DNA from: Lingula anatina
Taxonomy: Eukaryota; Animalia; Brachiopoda
DNA: 64,000 nucleotides
Reading direction: 5' to 3'
Assembly: GCA_051362555.1 (NCBI GenBank)
Contig: CM120640.1
Location: 34,429,967-34,493,966, forward strand
The position numbers were made by a program, and so were the translations under genes. Below, piece after piece: positions 1-13,900 of the stretch (its first letter is position 1; the number at the start of each line of letters is the position of its first letter). The notes beneath the pieces are model-generated. The model saw only the letters and a list, made by a program, of their open reading frames with translations. It was not told the DNA's origin and did not search any database.

Positions 1-204
1 TTTTATAGTTTCAACAGATTTGAAACATATTTATCTTTCCAAGTGAAACATTATCTCAAAAACATTATAAATAAAAATACTTTTACAACGTACAGCAATG
101 ACTCAATATTTTCAATGGACAAATTTTATCTATTTTCAGACAAATATTGTGTGTGGTGTAAGTTTTTCCTTCGCATACCATCATTTTTCGAACATATCTC
201 AACA

Positions 205-401
205 GTTTTCTGATGTACTCCATCCAAGCTCCTTGGCGCTGAGCCACTGTGGTCACTCGCACATTGAAGTTTGTAATATTCAACGTGTCATTGGGTATTT
301 TTGAGAGCATCAATTGTTTCGGGATTGCTGTCATAGACATTGTCCTTTGGGTATCCCCACAGAAAACAGTCGAAAGGGGATAGGTCTTGAAAATGAGCAG
401 G
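205..401 (-). mobile_element. Tc1/mariner-superfamily transposase C-terminal relic
   Basis: Minus strand reads PAHFQDLSPFDCFLWGYPKDNVYDSNPETIDALK, then after a frameshift NFNVRVTTVAQRQGAWMEYI. This matches the WPxxSPDLxPxDFFLWGYLKxxVY...NF..R...GxHFEH tail of maT/rosa-type transposases. Confidence 0.65.
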
Positions 402-522
402 TTAAGTCGGGCCGTACAAAGGGAGACCTTTGGAATTTTTTTTGTTTGTTGTGGTGTTACGTTTAGAATAAATAATGATAAAAAATCTAGCAGTAATTTC
501 AAAACACTGCCGATAAGAAACT

Positions 523-590
523 TAGTGGCTGATTTAGAGGGGGGTCAGGGGCGTCCTGACTCCCTTCAAATAATCCTGGATCCGCCACTG
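523..590. mobile_element. Short MITE of the CAGKGGCGGAT...ATCCGCCMCTG family
   Basis: Ends in caaataatcctggatccgccactg. A near-identical 3' end recurs at about 11522-11544, 44322-44345 and 45010-45033. Confidence 0.55.
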
Positions 591-3500
591 GCGTTTACAT
601 TTCTCGTTGCAATGCATAAGCATAGGCAAGCCAAAGCTTTAGTCGTCAATTTAACACCTTTCTATTTTGAGGTGAGATAGCAATCGGTATGTGGCGTAAC
701 CTCATCCCTAAACAAGATTTTATCACAAAAATTGGCAGAGTTGACCGCAAGTGTATGGGCTTCAATCTCGTGTCGTCATTTTGGTGTAAACGTTTTTGTA
801 ATGGAATTAGGAGGTCCTAATTACACGTTTTCGTTAAACAAAGGCTTTTTTCTTTATCAAAGATAAAATCTGAAGTTAAACTTTTTAGAAAAATCACTGG
901 CAGAGTCTTGGCGTACAAAATGATGTTCTTAAATTGGCGTAAAAACAGTGTTCGTGGGTGTTCCATTTTTACCCCAAAATCGCAATTATGACGTCACCCG
1001 TAAGATGACATATGTGTAAGTGTTGATTTTAGTCACTGAACACTGAATATTTATCTGTTATCAAAAAAAAAAAAAAATGTATGTAAGGCAGTATATGCAA
1101 TTTTGCTGCAATATAGCTGCAAACTTTTCATTTTGTTAAGGGCTGGTGTGATTTACTGATTTTGATCAAAACTTGCTTTACCCTGTATCTTGCCTGCCTT
1201 GGTTGTTTTATTCAGGTCTATGAAGATATCAGTATATGGTATACATTTTTATTTGCAGAAACCGTTTTAAATTGACGCATACTACATAATGATTCTTAAC
1301 TTACTGGGTTCAATCGCATCCATTCTCTTCGTCTGTTGTTACGTACTGTATGTACCAGCAATACAGAAACAACATACTGATCATGTTTGCTATATGTGAG
1401 GAAAATTATCGCTGTTTAATCCTGCAAAATATCAATAGTTTTATTTATTTTTAATTTTTTTTAAATTCATTTTTTCAATCAAGTCTTTTTTCTTTGAAAA
1501 TGACAGCGTGTTTAAGATCGTTTACTCCTGCACTAATGGCTCAAGCCATGGTCTGTCGAGCTAAATCTTATCCCGGGGATGTACTACGATCAGTCGCGGG
1601 TCAATATTCATCCATCAAATAAAAATGTTCTCATGCGTCTCCAGTCAATATCGGTATTTAAATATTTTTGCTAGAGTCTTTAAGCTAGATGGAATATTGA
1701 GGGTGACCATCCGTATAATGATGATATGTGCGGTGTTAAAATTTCTCCGGCCATCAGCGCATAAAATGCCAAAACTTTCTCTGTTGTTTGTTCTTAGCGT
1801 AGTGTTGATAAAATTAGAACATTTAACGTCCAGCTGCTATCAGTACACAGTCAAAAACCACAATTCCTTGTTGATGAGGTTGACTTCGTTGCAACTTTGT
1901 CCGAAATAAACTCACTAAAGTTGTGAAAATTGCATCCTGTCTTCTCTAACACAATTCCCTCCCTCACCTCCCCCCCCCCCCCCACGTTCATTCATTCGTC
2001 CTATGGATGCTGATCTCTCTGCCTGATCAAATATCTTTACTGAGAACATGAGAACATGCGTTTTTTTGTTGTCATTATGACTTTATCAAACCATTATCCT
2101 CTTCTCGAGATAGTGACTTATTGTGCCTTCTCATACTACAGACTAAAGTTCAAACCGAAGCATCCGCACGGAAAATAGGTGACCTATATCATTATGTAAA
2201 TCAGGTGAGCGTTTTGGTGAGAGGTGTTCAGGTAGGACTTGGGTCAGCAGAAGATGGAGAAGAAGGATGTCCCATGCCATATATTACTTCTATTTCCACA
2301 TGTCTGCTGAAAAGATGGCACAGAAACCGGCAGCAGTATCTCGTAAGTTCCGTGCAGATGATACAAGATGTATTTTAGCTTTTCTTATTTTTGCATTGAC
2401 GATATTTTCCAATAATTCTGCATGTTGCATTGTTGGCATAGGGACATTTTACTGACGTGCACGATACTTCTCTAGATCTTACATTGTAGATTTTCCCTCA
2501 GCGCCTTTGGGTACCCTTTTCTTTCTCATACCACAAGCTTTGCACATTGTTAAAACAGGGCGTGTAGGTTCAATAAGAATATATATTGGTAGGCTATAAT
2601 TTTAAAGTTTAATTGCGATTTGTTAATTAAAACGCTAAGTATACCGACACGAATTGCTGTAATGAATAAATGCTGCTTTCTCAGATCTTGAGACATTGTT
2701 TCATAAGTGTGATTTTATTCCTTAATTCCAGCGACTCTAAGTGCTGTTTACAAAGATGCCAGAAGAGTCCTACTGAAAGACACTCCCATGCCAAGACTGC
2801 ATCCGATGCCGACGTTTGTCTGTTCGTTAATTTGCAGGGACGACATTTAGTATGTTTAACTTTGGTTGTAACATTCTACTCCACGTATATCAAATTAAAA
2901 ATCGTATAAAAATAGCTTTTTAATATGAAAATTCTCATAAAAATTAAATCCGTATTAAGCGTCCGCCCTGTATGTTTCTGGTTTGCTTCTTTTGGTTATT
3001 GTATGTCTTTATGTCGTACAGTGTTCTATGTGATCATGGTGTTGTAAGGGCAGTTTGTGTACCTTTAGGTCGGGGTTGATACCCGTCCCTTTTCGAACCT
3101 GAAACGTTAGATTTGAAGTTCCCATTTAACAGAAATAATGTCTGTATAAAATAATAAAGCGGTTGTTTTAAAATGATCATATATTAATTTCCAAGAGGAG
3201 AAATGTTTTCTATTTGTTACTGAAAATATGTATGTGGGCAAATCTGCAACTTGACACCTCGCATTGAACTTGAAAATGTACTCTTATTCATTTAAAATGA
3301 TGTAGACTTCTGGGAAGGAAAGACATTACAGCCCCTTTACGTAAAATACATATAGGAAACTTTTAATTACATTTATCGAGTGTTCCACCAAAAAAGAGGA
3401 AGAGATGAAAGTCAACAAAAGACACTTTTAATAAAACGTATAACATTATGTAACTGGCAAAATGTTACTGCAGAATTGTCCACATGTACTATAACGATCT

Positions 3501-4448
3501 TTTAACAGTTATGAATATGGCACTATGGTTGTGAATAAACTCTGGTTCTCGGTGTTTTCAGTGCTGGGCGGGGATCAAAGATCTGTTTTCTAAAACAAAG
3601 TTAAACAATGGGGTGGGGTAAAGATTGCCACCTGAAATACAAATTTATTGAATATTGCAGTAGTAGAATGGTAGTAGTAGAATTGCAGTAGTAGAATCTT
3701 TGTTGCGTATATGATAAGAAAACTTTTCCTATAGTTGGCTAAAATTTTCCCGGGATTTGGGATCAATTATATGCCTTTTGGGACTTTTTCGGTAGCAAGG
3801 GGTGATCGAGAAAGACAGGTTTGGTTATATATCAGTCCTGCATGCCCATGTTGTGTTATTTGTGCTAATTGTCATCAGTGAACACCGAAAACCATAGTTA
3901 ATTTTAAGCGAATGGGAAAAGTCATGTCAAGTACACTGATTATCGTGTAACTTTTTCATTTTTGTTTGTATATTATTCTGAATTTGGCCAAGATTTGGAT
4001 AATCTTATTGTTATATTCAGATTATTCGCATTTTTAAAATTGCTACAACCTCTGAATTTTGACGGAAATGTTATGATAGAATTCGATTTAGCCAAGGCAC
4101 TTATGTCAAGTTTGGCAAAAGGTTACCAAGTACATTTTGTTTAAAAAATTAATTTTGTCTATTATCAGTTCTTTCTTTCAAATGTTACGACCTTGAACTT
4201 ATTTTGTTTCATAAATTAAAGGATCGTCTTTAATGACAATATTTAAAATGCATAAAATTTTCGACTTGTTTTATTTACAGATATTTACTGTCTCTTTTCT
4301 GTTTAATTTTAATTTATACTAATTTAGAACACAAAATATTACATTATTTTTGTCAAAATTTTAATTCTGTAAATAATTTACTTTGACAATAATAAACGCA
4401 TAAATGCTTTACTTCGTTCAAAACTTGCAAAAGTTATTCTTTTTTCCC

Positions 4449-4675
4449 CTAGTTCAACTCGAACCCTTCGTCTCCTGCTTACTGTCCTGCCGTCTTACCT
4501 ACTGAGCCACTGACTCAACTTAACTTCCATTGATCGTAGGACCCTCTTATCGCAGTTTAAATTACTCATTTGGTATTTTTTTGTAAAAGGTAATTTGCTG
4601 GGACCTAGAAGCGCCAGGTTTCGAACCCAAGTCTTGCTGGGACCGAGTCGCGCGTGCTATCCACTCTCCTAAGTG
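4449..4675 (-). repeat. Two tandem degenerate tRNA-like (A-box/B-box) units, SINE-like
   Basis: Minus strand has GTGGCTCAGTAGGT...GGGTTCGAGT (about 4449-4520) and TAGGAGAGTGG...GGGTTCGAAACC (about 4600-4675). Neither forms a complete cloverleaf. Confidence 0.45.
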
Positions 4676-7600
4676 TTCCCACCCACCCACCCCTGGTAGA
4701 CTTTCCTTTTATAGTAAGCAAGGGGAATTCTTAAAAGCACTTCTGGAAAAGATTTTAATACATTCAGGTACCCGAAACGCGCCCCCACCCTTAGAGTTCC
4801 GCCGAGCCAATGAAAACCCTAAGTCATTTTGCATACAATTGTAAAGTATTTTATTTGGACCAAAATAAACTGCCATTGATGTATTCTCAATTTTTTCAAA
4901 CATCTACTTGTTTAAGATTTTTTAAAAATATTTTAACACAATAAGTATTGAACATTCAGATATGTAAAACAAAAATATTGATATCTGCATTAATTTAAGA
5001 CTCGCACAAGTTTGATTCAATAAATAAACTATCTAATGAACTACTTGACTTAATGTTTGTTCTTATTATAAAATTAAACAAATTATTTGAGATAAAAAGT
5101 GACAATCAGGTGTTCTAATATCGTGTTTCAGAAAACGACAAAGCTGTCTCACCTTACACTACCGCAGGAAAGAAATCGAATGAAACTCACTCTGATATCA
5201 TATAATTTTAAAAGTCACAGGATATGGCATTTTCTACACTAAATACTACATAAAATTCCGACATTTATTGCTTGAAAGGAAAAAACAATTTTTACTATGT
5301 TTTGCAAAAAAATTGTCACAAGCCGTTTGTGAAATAAATTTCAACATTTAACAGCAACTGATACGTTCAAATACATTACAAAAGATACGTTTCAATGGGA
5401 AATGTGAAAAAACAATCCCCTAAAGACACTGATTATTTTAAAAAAGCATTTTAGCAATGCATTGCAACATGCGTGATCATATGACCTAGGCAAAATGGAG
5501 GGACAAATCATGATATTACTTACACCACCTTGCATTTATTTTTAAGTCCAAAAATTTGTAACAGATGGTTTGCAACTTTCTGAACATAAATAATGTTCTC
5601 GTGCGAGAACATAAACATTATTTCTGCATCTTCCGTGAATATACTGAAAATACTGCCGAGATAGAATTGTTAAAAAGCAGCAGAGTTTTGAAAATGGAAA
5701 ACTTTGGATCACATGACTGTTCCCTTCATCCTTATGCAAAAGTGAGATCTATTTAACAAACTCATGCCATAAATGCGAGTCATAATTGACAAATAATTAC
5801 CCAAAAAATCCACATACTATTCACCGTAATTTTAAAAAATCAGTAATATCAAGATTACAATCCAGATGAACAAATTAAGATAACAAAATCGTTTAAAATC
5901 CATGTTCCTTTTATGCACAGTTTCACAGGTAGACTTGGATTAGCCAAATCAGTTCGCAACTACATGTAATTTTCGCAAATTGAGTCTAAAATGTGTGAAC
6001 TTTATTTACTTCATTACTCAAACAAAATGATTTATTGTAGTCTGTAAAAATGGAACTTTTCACTCAACAAGACAGCAAGTTTTCAAGCTTCAAAAGATTA
6101 TACAGATACGAGTTTTAAGGAACAAGATTTGAGCTACCCTTACTATGGAGATAAAGACTTAAAAATTTCACACGTGGTCATTGAATTATAGTAATTTGGA
6201 ACCAAAAACGGGGTTTTCAGATCATAGTTTTTGAAAGTTTTTGGACAAGGTAAACCTAAAGGTAAAATTGCAGAAATTTCCAGATTTCTTTTGGTTTATC
6301 AAAGAAGATAAAAATTTGAAATTTTCTAGTCTTTTGATAGAATTTTGTCAACTTAGCATTACACAATTTTAAAAAAAATGGACCAAGTAGACCACGTATT
6401 ATTTGTAAGATCAATAACTTAAAACAGCTTCAGAATAATTTATTTCTCTTTTGAGCATTTTACAGGACATGAAAAATTATAAGTAACATAAATCACCAAA
6501 TGTGCAAAATTACAAGAATAGAGTTTGCAAGGTAGCTTTTTTTTTTCGTCTTTTGATGAAAAGGTCAAATTGAGCTTCATTTGCGACTTCTAGAAAAACA
6601 AGTTTTCCGTATTTTTGAGCATTATATTTGCATTAATATAAACGTCATGTCACAACTTGCTGCCTTGCTGAAGAATACCGCAAATAGTTTTACAAACGTC
6701 TCGGAGGCAGACTCAGACTTATAATAATAGGAAAACATGTTTAAAGGCATAAGGGACGGTTTTATTCTTTGGTGAAATTATATAAAACAAGTTTTGTTAC
6801 TAATGACTATGCAGTGTTAAATATGCTGCGTTTTTATTATTTTTTACAAAATTTTAAAACAAAATTTAGAGGTAAAAAATCATGGTAAGTTGTTTTGGAA
6901 GACAATAATGAGAAATACCAAAATTACCCTCTAGCAATGCGCCCCCTATGCCTTGAAAATGACTGCTTTCATTATGAGTCACGCAGAAAGAAGTGTAACT
7001 ATGAACTAGGTCACATACTTCAATGGATCAAAATATTACATATTATGGCATTACTTGTGAAATCATACCAAAATTACAAACGGGAGTACATCACTAAACC
7101 TTTATCCTGTACTTTAATTTGAAATGATGACTATTTTGCTGTACTATAATTATGAGATATAATTACTCACTAAGTTTCAACATCCAAAATTTTCAAAGAG
7201 CCATTCCACATAATTTCCCCATCTTGACTATTTCGCATGTAAAACTTTACTGCCATTAGTAATTCTACCGATGTAGTTAAAATTTTGTGTAGTTAACACG
7301 AGGCACAAGTGCAATTTTCACTGTCACGAGGTAGGCGACGAAATAAAGGAGGCATGGAGGACATACAATATCAAGTAGGGAAAATATTGGTGGATGACAA
7401 AACACAGTGTTCAACATGCAGGCATCAAACCCATTTTTAAAATGCATCAAGTTTCCGACAAATACCTAAAACCATCGTCGAGAACGTTCCGTTGAATCCA
7501 TTAAAACTGAAATATCCATAAACTTAGTATCCCGACCGCCTGGCATCCACACCCTGGTCACTCAAAACTGAAGGAGAAGTGACATCTCTTCTAGGAGTTC

Positions 7601-7974
7601 AGATTGCAAATGATCCATCGGGGTAGGAGGCAGGAAGAAGTAGGTGACCGCTGTATCTCTTCATTAATTACCATAATTAAACAGATAAAATTTGATTAAC
7701 AATGTACTAAAATATTAATGCTTAGGAAGATTTTGTTTCCCGCATATTTCAAAATACAGTAGATTAAATTGATTAATTTAAGCTTTAGAACCTTACACAC
7801 CCCAAAGTAAAATGACATTATGTAGGTCACTGGCCATATCCTTATATGGTCAACTGCATGCTGCAATCTGAGCAGTTTTTGCCAAGGTTGACAAACCAAA
7901 CCGTCCTATAGCGCCATCTGGAAGGAAACAGAAATGATCTTCTCTGCTGCAATCGGTACCTTAGCAGATTGTTT

Positions 7975-7980
<6 letters not shown>

Positions 7981-8010
<30 letters not shown>
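7981..8010. repeat. (GT)n microsatellite
   Basis: Directly visible GT repeat. Confidence 0.9.
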
Positions 8011-9394
8011 GCGTTATCTTCAACGCCACAGAAATGGCAATAGTAATGCAATTCGAACTGGCATATATCTACATATAAAATAAAAGTTATTTATGAAAAT
8101 AACACCACCAGAACATGTTATCTACAAACTGTACGGACATCATATCTGCTTGTGGTCACCTGTCATTTAGTTAGTGCTAAAAGATCTGCGGGTGGTTTTA
8201 GTTAACGCCTAATCCGTTTATAAGGCCTGATGGTGGAGAAAACCGCCATAAGGTTGGTCAGTGATTCGTTTACTGATGAAATAAAGAGCCGAGGTAAATG
8301 ATTACATGTACAAAAGATTCAACGTTAAGCAGCACTTCTTTTCAATTTTCTAAATACAAAGCCTTTATTAGAGCAAAATCTGTACACTAGCTGCACACAT
8401 GATCGTTTTGAGAAAAGAATCACGTTCTTTTAAAAAATGTGCCCCAATTGGCCTCCATGCATACGTCACGTAAAAATTAACGAACACTCGAACACATTCC
8501 TACTTGGCGATTTGCCTGCTTTTTGCTGTTATTGCAGCCTTCAGTTTACCAATTGTTTCAGGATTGTTTTGTTTCCTTGTGATATTCTCACAGATTAAAA
8601 TCTGGGGGAAATCACAACAGGCTAGGAAGCTTTGGGTTCTTCTTTTCTTTATTTGTTTGGGGGGGGGGGGTCACTCTGTACTTTGTAGCTACATTCATAA
8701 GTCAGATTGAAGGCGTAACCGTAGTCTTGTAAAAAAAAGAAATCATCGCCACACATTTACCTAGGTGTTTAAGATAAGATTAGTTAAGAATTTATTCAGC
8801 CAATTGAAATATAAGAATCGAAAATCATTTTGATTGACATGAATGTGTTACGCATTTGTTGAACCAAAACGACTCAATGTAAGCCATAGTGCACTTAAAC
8901 AGGTGTTCGGCACATCTGTAAACGAAAGGTAAATGTTACAGTCAGCTATTGTAATATATAATAAAATATCATATCAAATAATTTTATTAATCTTTGTGCC
9001 TCAACGTTTGCACGAAATAAATGCTGTATTGTTAGTAACCTATTAAATTGTCTATCTAACATTTCCTGAAATTCATCAACATTCTAAGGGGAAGTATTAA
9101 GACAAAATTGACAATATAAAAAAACGGTACTTTCTGAAAAAACTGTTTTAATTTTAAATGTTACTTTCTATATATAAAGTAGATGTACGAGGTATTTCAA
9201 ATGTATAACTACATAATACTGGCCTATCCTTTGCGTTAACATACATGTATTACTGAGGTTATTGATCTTCTTTTTTCCAGACCCAAATACCCATTAATTC
9301 ATTCAACGTACGGGCATGTCTCATGACATGTCGTTTACGCAGTGTATGCATCTCAAGCTAAGCGCACACATGCTATATAAACTGCACATAAACA

Positions 9395-10928
9395 TTATGT
9401 AACAATGCAGTTGGTCTCCTCACTGTTTGCCCCATTTATTGGTTTTGATTTGACAATATCTATATATGCAACAATCATGTCATAACCGAAATCCTGTGGA
9501 TTGCGAGTAACATCCTCTTCAAACTGGCCAAATAAAGCGTTCACAATGGCTACCTTTTCCTTTTCTGATCGGCATCCATTCAGCCCGGACATGAAGACGG
9601 CTTCGGCCCATGCTCGGAACACGTTAACATACCTTCTTGCTTTGCGGGCCACACTAAGTTGTTCATCATCTGTGACTAAAATAGATTAAACGAAAACTAT
9701 TCTCCACTAAAATAAATTTTCTGCTTCAGTATTTTGTTTAATACAGACTTGACATTAAAATGGAATATTTCAGTTTAAGAGGTATGCCTAGGGATAAAGT
9801 TTTTGCTAAAAAAAAGTTATCTCATATGAAATTCATGGTTAGAAAAATGAGCAAAATTAACATAAATTATGCTAATTAGGTACTAAAATATAATATTTTT
9901 ATCCCTTTTTGCATATGAAACGTGTAGATTATAATACCTGAATAAATTAGTGACAAGGAACCCCTTTTTGACATCATGGAAACAATTCGTGGTCATTCTG
10001 TGAGCCTTAAATCCAAGATGGCCGCCATCCTCCATTTTGAAAATTGACGAATTTTTTTATGATTTTTTAATCGTTTGACCTACATTTACGTGTAAAATAT
10101 CTATTCCTATTTTTGGGGATTAAAAAGTTTTTTAATATTGTTTTAATGATAGAAGGTGATTTGAAGGGATAAAGAGTGTTTTTTAAGTGACTTCCAAGAT
10201 AAATGTCTGTGAAAGCTGCAAAACCATGGATATTGAACCCCTATTCAAATATATATAAGTAAAATTTGTTGCTGTTAACCATCCATACCTGACTAAATCA
10301 TGGACAAGAAAACTCATTTTGGGCAATATGGAGGCAATTGGTGGCCCTTTTGCCCCTCAAAAATCAAGATGGCCTCCAAACACCATTTTGAAATTAGGCA
10401 TAATTCACCAATTTTGAAACTATTGCACCTTCATAAGCGTGTGATACATCGTTTCTTATTATTTTCGGGTGCAGAATATATTTTATATATTATTTGTTTC
10501 ATAAAATGTGAGTAAAAACTATTATAAGCCTACAAAATCAATATAAGCCTTAGTCGTCACATGGGCTTACTAAATAACGGTTTTGCTGTGACAACTAAAC
10601 ACTGGCAACTCATTCCCTTCATAATGATGGGGAGAGTGCCATCAGAGAGCATTTTTCTAGACCCTATGAGAACCTTTGAGTTTTAGATGGTTACTATATA
10701 TGTCACATATATACTGAATAGATTACTGAGTGTCATAAAACACGATTTAAATCCTTGTTGTTATTTATAAGTGGGAAAAGTAGGGAAAACCAAAGAAAAA
10801 TAATTCGAAAAAATCCTTGTTAAATGTCAAGTCTGTATGTATGTCATACAGAAAAGAATTGGCTTTGCCCTTCAAATATTAACATTAACGATTGCTTTAT
10901 TAAAAGTGAATGAGTATAGACCTTAGAA

Positions 10929-10963
<35 letters not shown>

Positions 10964-13900
10964 GAAAATAAAAAAATGATCGGCATAATAGAGTTTGAAA
11001 CACCATACTGGCTTAAGATATAATGTAGTATCTTCTAGTTTTTAACTTATATCTATCATCTTTTTCTATGTCTAAATACATCTTATTTATCCAAATATTT
11101 TCCTCAGACTTCCAATGTAGTATACATGTATGCTCCTTACCTAAAAATTCGACATCATTTAATTTTAAAGAGCCGCCAACCGGGGTATCCCTACCTGAGG
11201 ATTCATCTGTCTCCGACTTCAAATTGGAGTCAAAGTAGGTTTCCTTTATCTCGATCGATACAAACTCTAATCCCGCCTCCAAAACTTTGGAGTTTTCATA
11301 CAAAAATGGTGCTTTGAATTCCTCTTCGGAACGACTGTAAAATGCCATGTTTGTATTCACAAATTCTTCCTGCAAAAAATTCACAACTAGATTTACACTT
11401 AGTAACATAACATATCGATTATATTTTGGAAAGGAATTGGATCCAGGATTATTTTAAGAAAGCGGGGTGGGGGTCGGCTTCGCTTCCGCCCCCCACCCCC
11501 CACCCCCACCCCGCTTTCTTAAAATAATCCTGGATCCGCCCCTGTTCATGCATAAACTAAGCTTGGTCCGATTAAAATTTAAAATAAAAAACTTACCTTG
11601 GTTATCCGCCCCGCTGCTACAAATGACAGCCATAAGTCCCTTAGGTACGGGATGACTTTAACTTTGTAATGCCCTGTACTGATGGAGAACATTCCTTCTT
11701 TTGTAGCCAAAGAAACTATGATGATGTGGGCACCTTAGATATAATATCAAATAAAACAAGAGTGAGTGGAAAGAAGTTTAAATGCCCAATAAACTTAGTG
11801 TATTCTTTACGGCATTTCTGCAGCAAATTTAATTTCCCACCTTAAAAAATCTACTCGCCAATTACCTCTCGAACCCATCCCTGCGAGCCGACACAATGCG
11901 TTATTAAAATTTCAAAACTCAGAACTTCACATGTCACCTAAACGTTGTAATATTTCTGTACTATTTATCAAATGATTTTAAGTGTGAATTAACATTTCAT
12001 TGGGTAGTGTTTCAATTTTTCAGCTTCAGGTACGTTGCTCTATTTGGTTGTACAAATAGTGGAACAAAAATAAACAGAGGAAAAATTTAATAATTAATTT
12101 TAAAAAATTCAATTTTAGTACTTGGTTATTAGGTACCTATTTTTAGTTCTGTAGCCCGGTTTATGAGAATTGTCTCCCAGTCCTCAGCGGCCTGTCTTTT
12201 ATATGCATCTAGCTCTTCATAACTGACTTTGTCACCTTGACCAAGTATATCCAATTCAAGATTGCAAGGCCTGTAATGTAATGAAGCAATGAACAATTAA
12301 TATCAACATAGTATAGAAAATATTGATAACATTTAATACTTTGCATTATATTACAACGTAATGTCGTTGTTTTTATACGCATTTGTAATATGGCATCCCA
12401 TAATGGTTTTTGCTCATAAACACACTTACCTTTTGCTCAACCAATGCATAGCAATGCAGGATACAGCCAAGTCCACGTAATTCGGCGGCAGACAGGGTTT
12501 ATAGAAATTGGTACCACTGGCCAAGAGAAACACGTTTTTATCTTGTGGAAGAAAAGTTTCTTGATCCTCAAATAAACCTTAAAATGAAAAGATTACATTA
12601 ATTAACACAAAGATGAAACGAAAACAATAAACATGATTTTCACGGAAACAACATCTAAAATTACAAGTTAACAGACAAGTTCTATTTCGTACCTTGTGTC
12701 AGACAAAATAATGACTTGAAATCGTTCCAGGAATAATCCTCGTACACTATCACCAAAGTTTTTTCTCTCCCATATTTTATTCGCACCGCTCCTGAAGAAA
12801 AAAAACGTTGTACTTGTGACCTAGCTGTGACCTAAGGTAAGTTTATTGCCTTTCTGTCTTTGGCTTCGTTCACATGCAATGTCTATTTTCTAAATTCTAT
12901 TTTCTATTTTCGGTATGTCTTATGATCACGGTCTGTGCACTGAATATCCCGCGGCGTAATTACTGGCAGCGCGAGCCAGTTACTATAAGTTACTATAAGT
13001 AACTGGCTCGCGCTGCCAGTAATTACGCGGCGGGATATTCAGTGCACAGACCGTGATCATAAGATAGCGCGAATAGAAAATAGAATTTAGAAAATAGACA
13101 TTGCATGTGAACGAAGCCTTTGATTGGGATTGGTAGATACATGTCATGATATCTAATTAATACTTTAAGCAAGACCACTCTCTATTTGCGAGATATGAGT
13201 AATTAATGACAGAAAAAGTATATAAATAGCAAAATGATTTTAGAAAAAGGAAACAACTATTATTACAAGAATAAAGCACTGTATGTAACTGAGTTTTATG
13301 CACTCCAGCCAGAATGCCCCTGAGTTTGCAAAGGGGGGGGGGGGGGGTTGATCCATGCTCTAACTTTAAGATTATTCTTAATTTAAAAAGTGTTAATTAG
13401 TTGTTTTTAAAGAAAGTATATTTTGTTCGTGTAAAATGTGTGGTTTGTCATTCTCTTTTGTTTTAGAAGGTACTTATGATCTCAGTCATCAGTTTCATAG
13501 ATGTTCCTCCATCTCCAGCTCCGTAGTCACACACCACAAAGGGACCCTCTTTGCTTTCCACAGTTCTATTTCCTAAGAAGAAGCAATATCCTAACATAAC
13601 AGTGTTGTTATTATTTCGCAACGATTATTGTTTTAGATTGAACAAAAGCTAACTATTATTTCTAAATCTAAATTTTAAATCTAAATCACAGTTAATCACT
13701 TCTAAATAACGTTAAACGACAGTGAAAGTCAACAAATGCAGACATTACACTAACAAAAATGTACTTTTAACCAGTTTCAGTCTAAGAAACCGTTTGGTAA
13801 TTCTGCTATGGGGGTGTCAAAAGAATTGCACCATCTGTGTGAACAGACCCGTTCGTAAAAAATGTTTCGTGTTTTATTGCTCGCGTGACCAGTGATGTGT

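Noticed and set aside
83-502. 139-aa ORF as a host gene
   Set aside because: Largely an off-frame reading of the mariner-like transposase relic.
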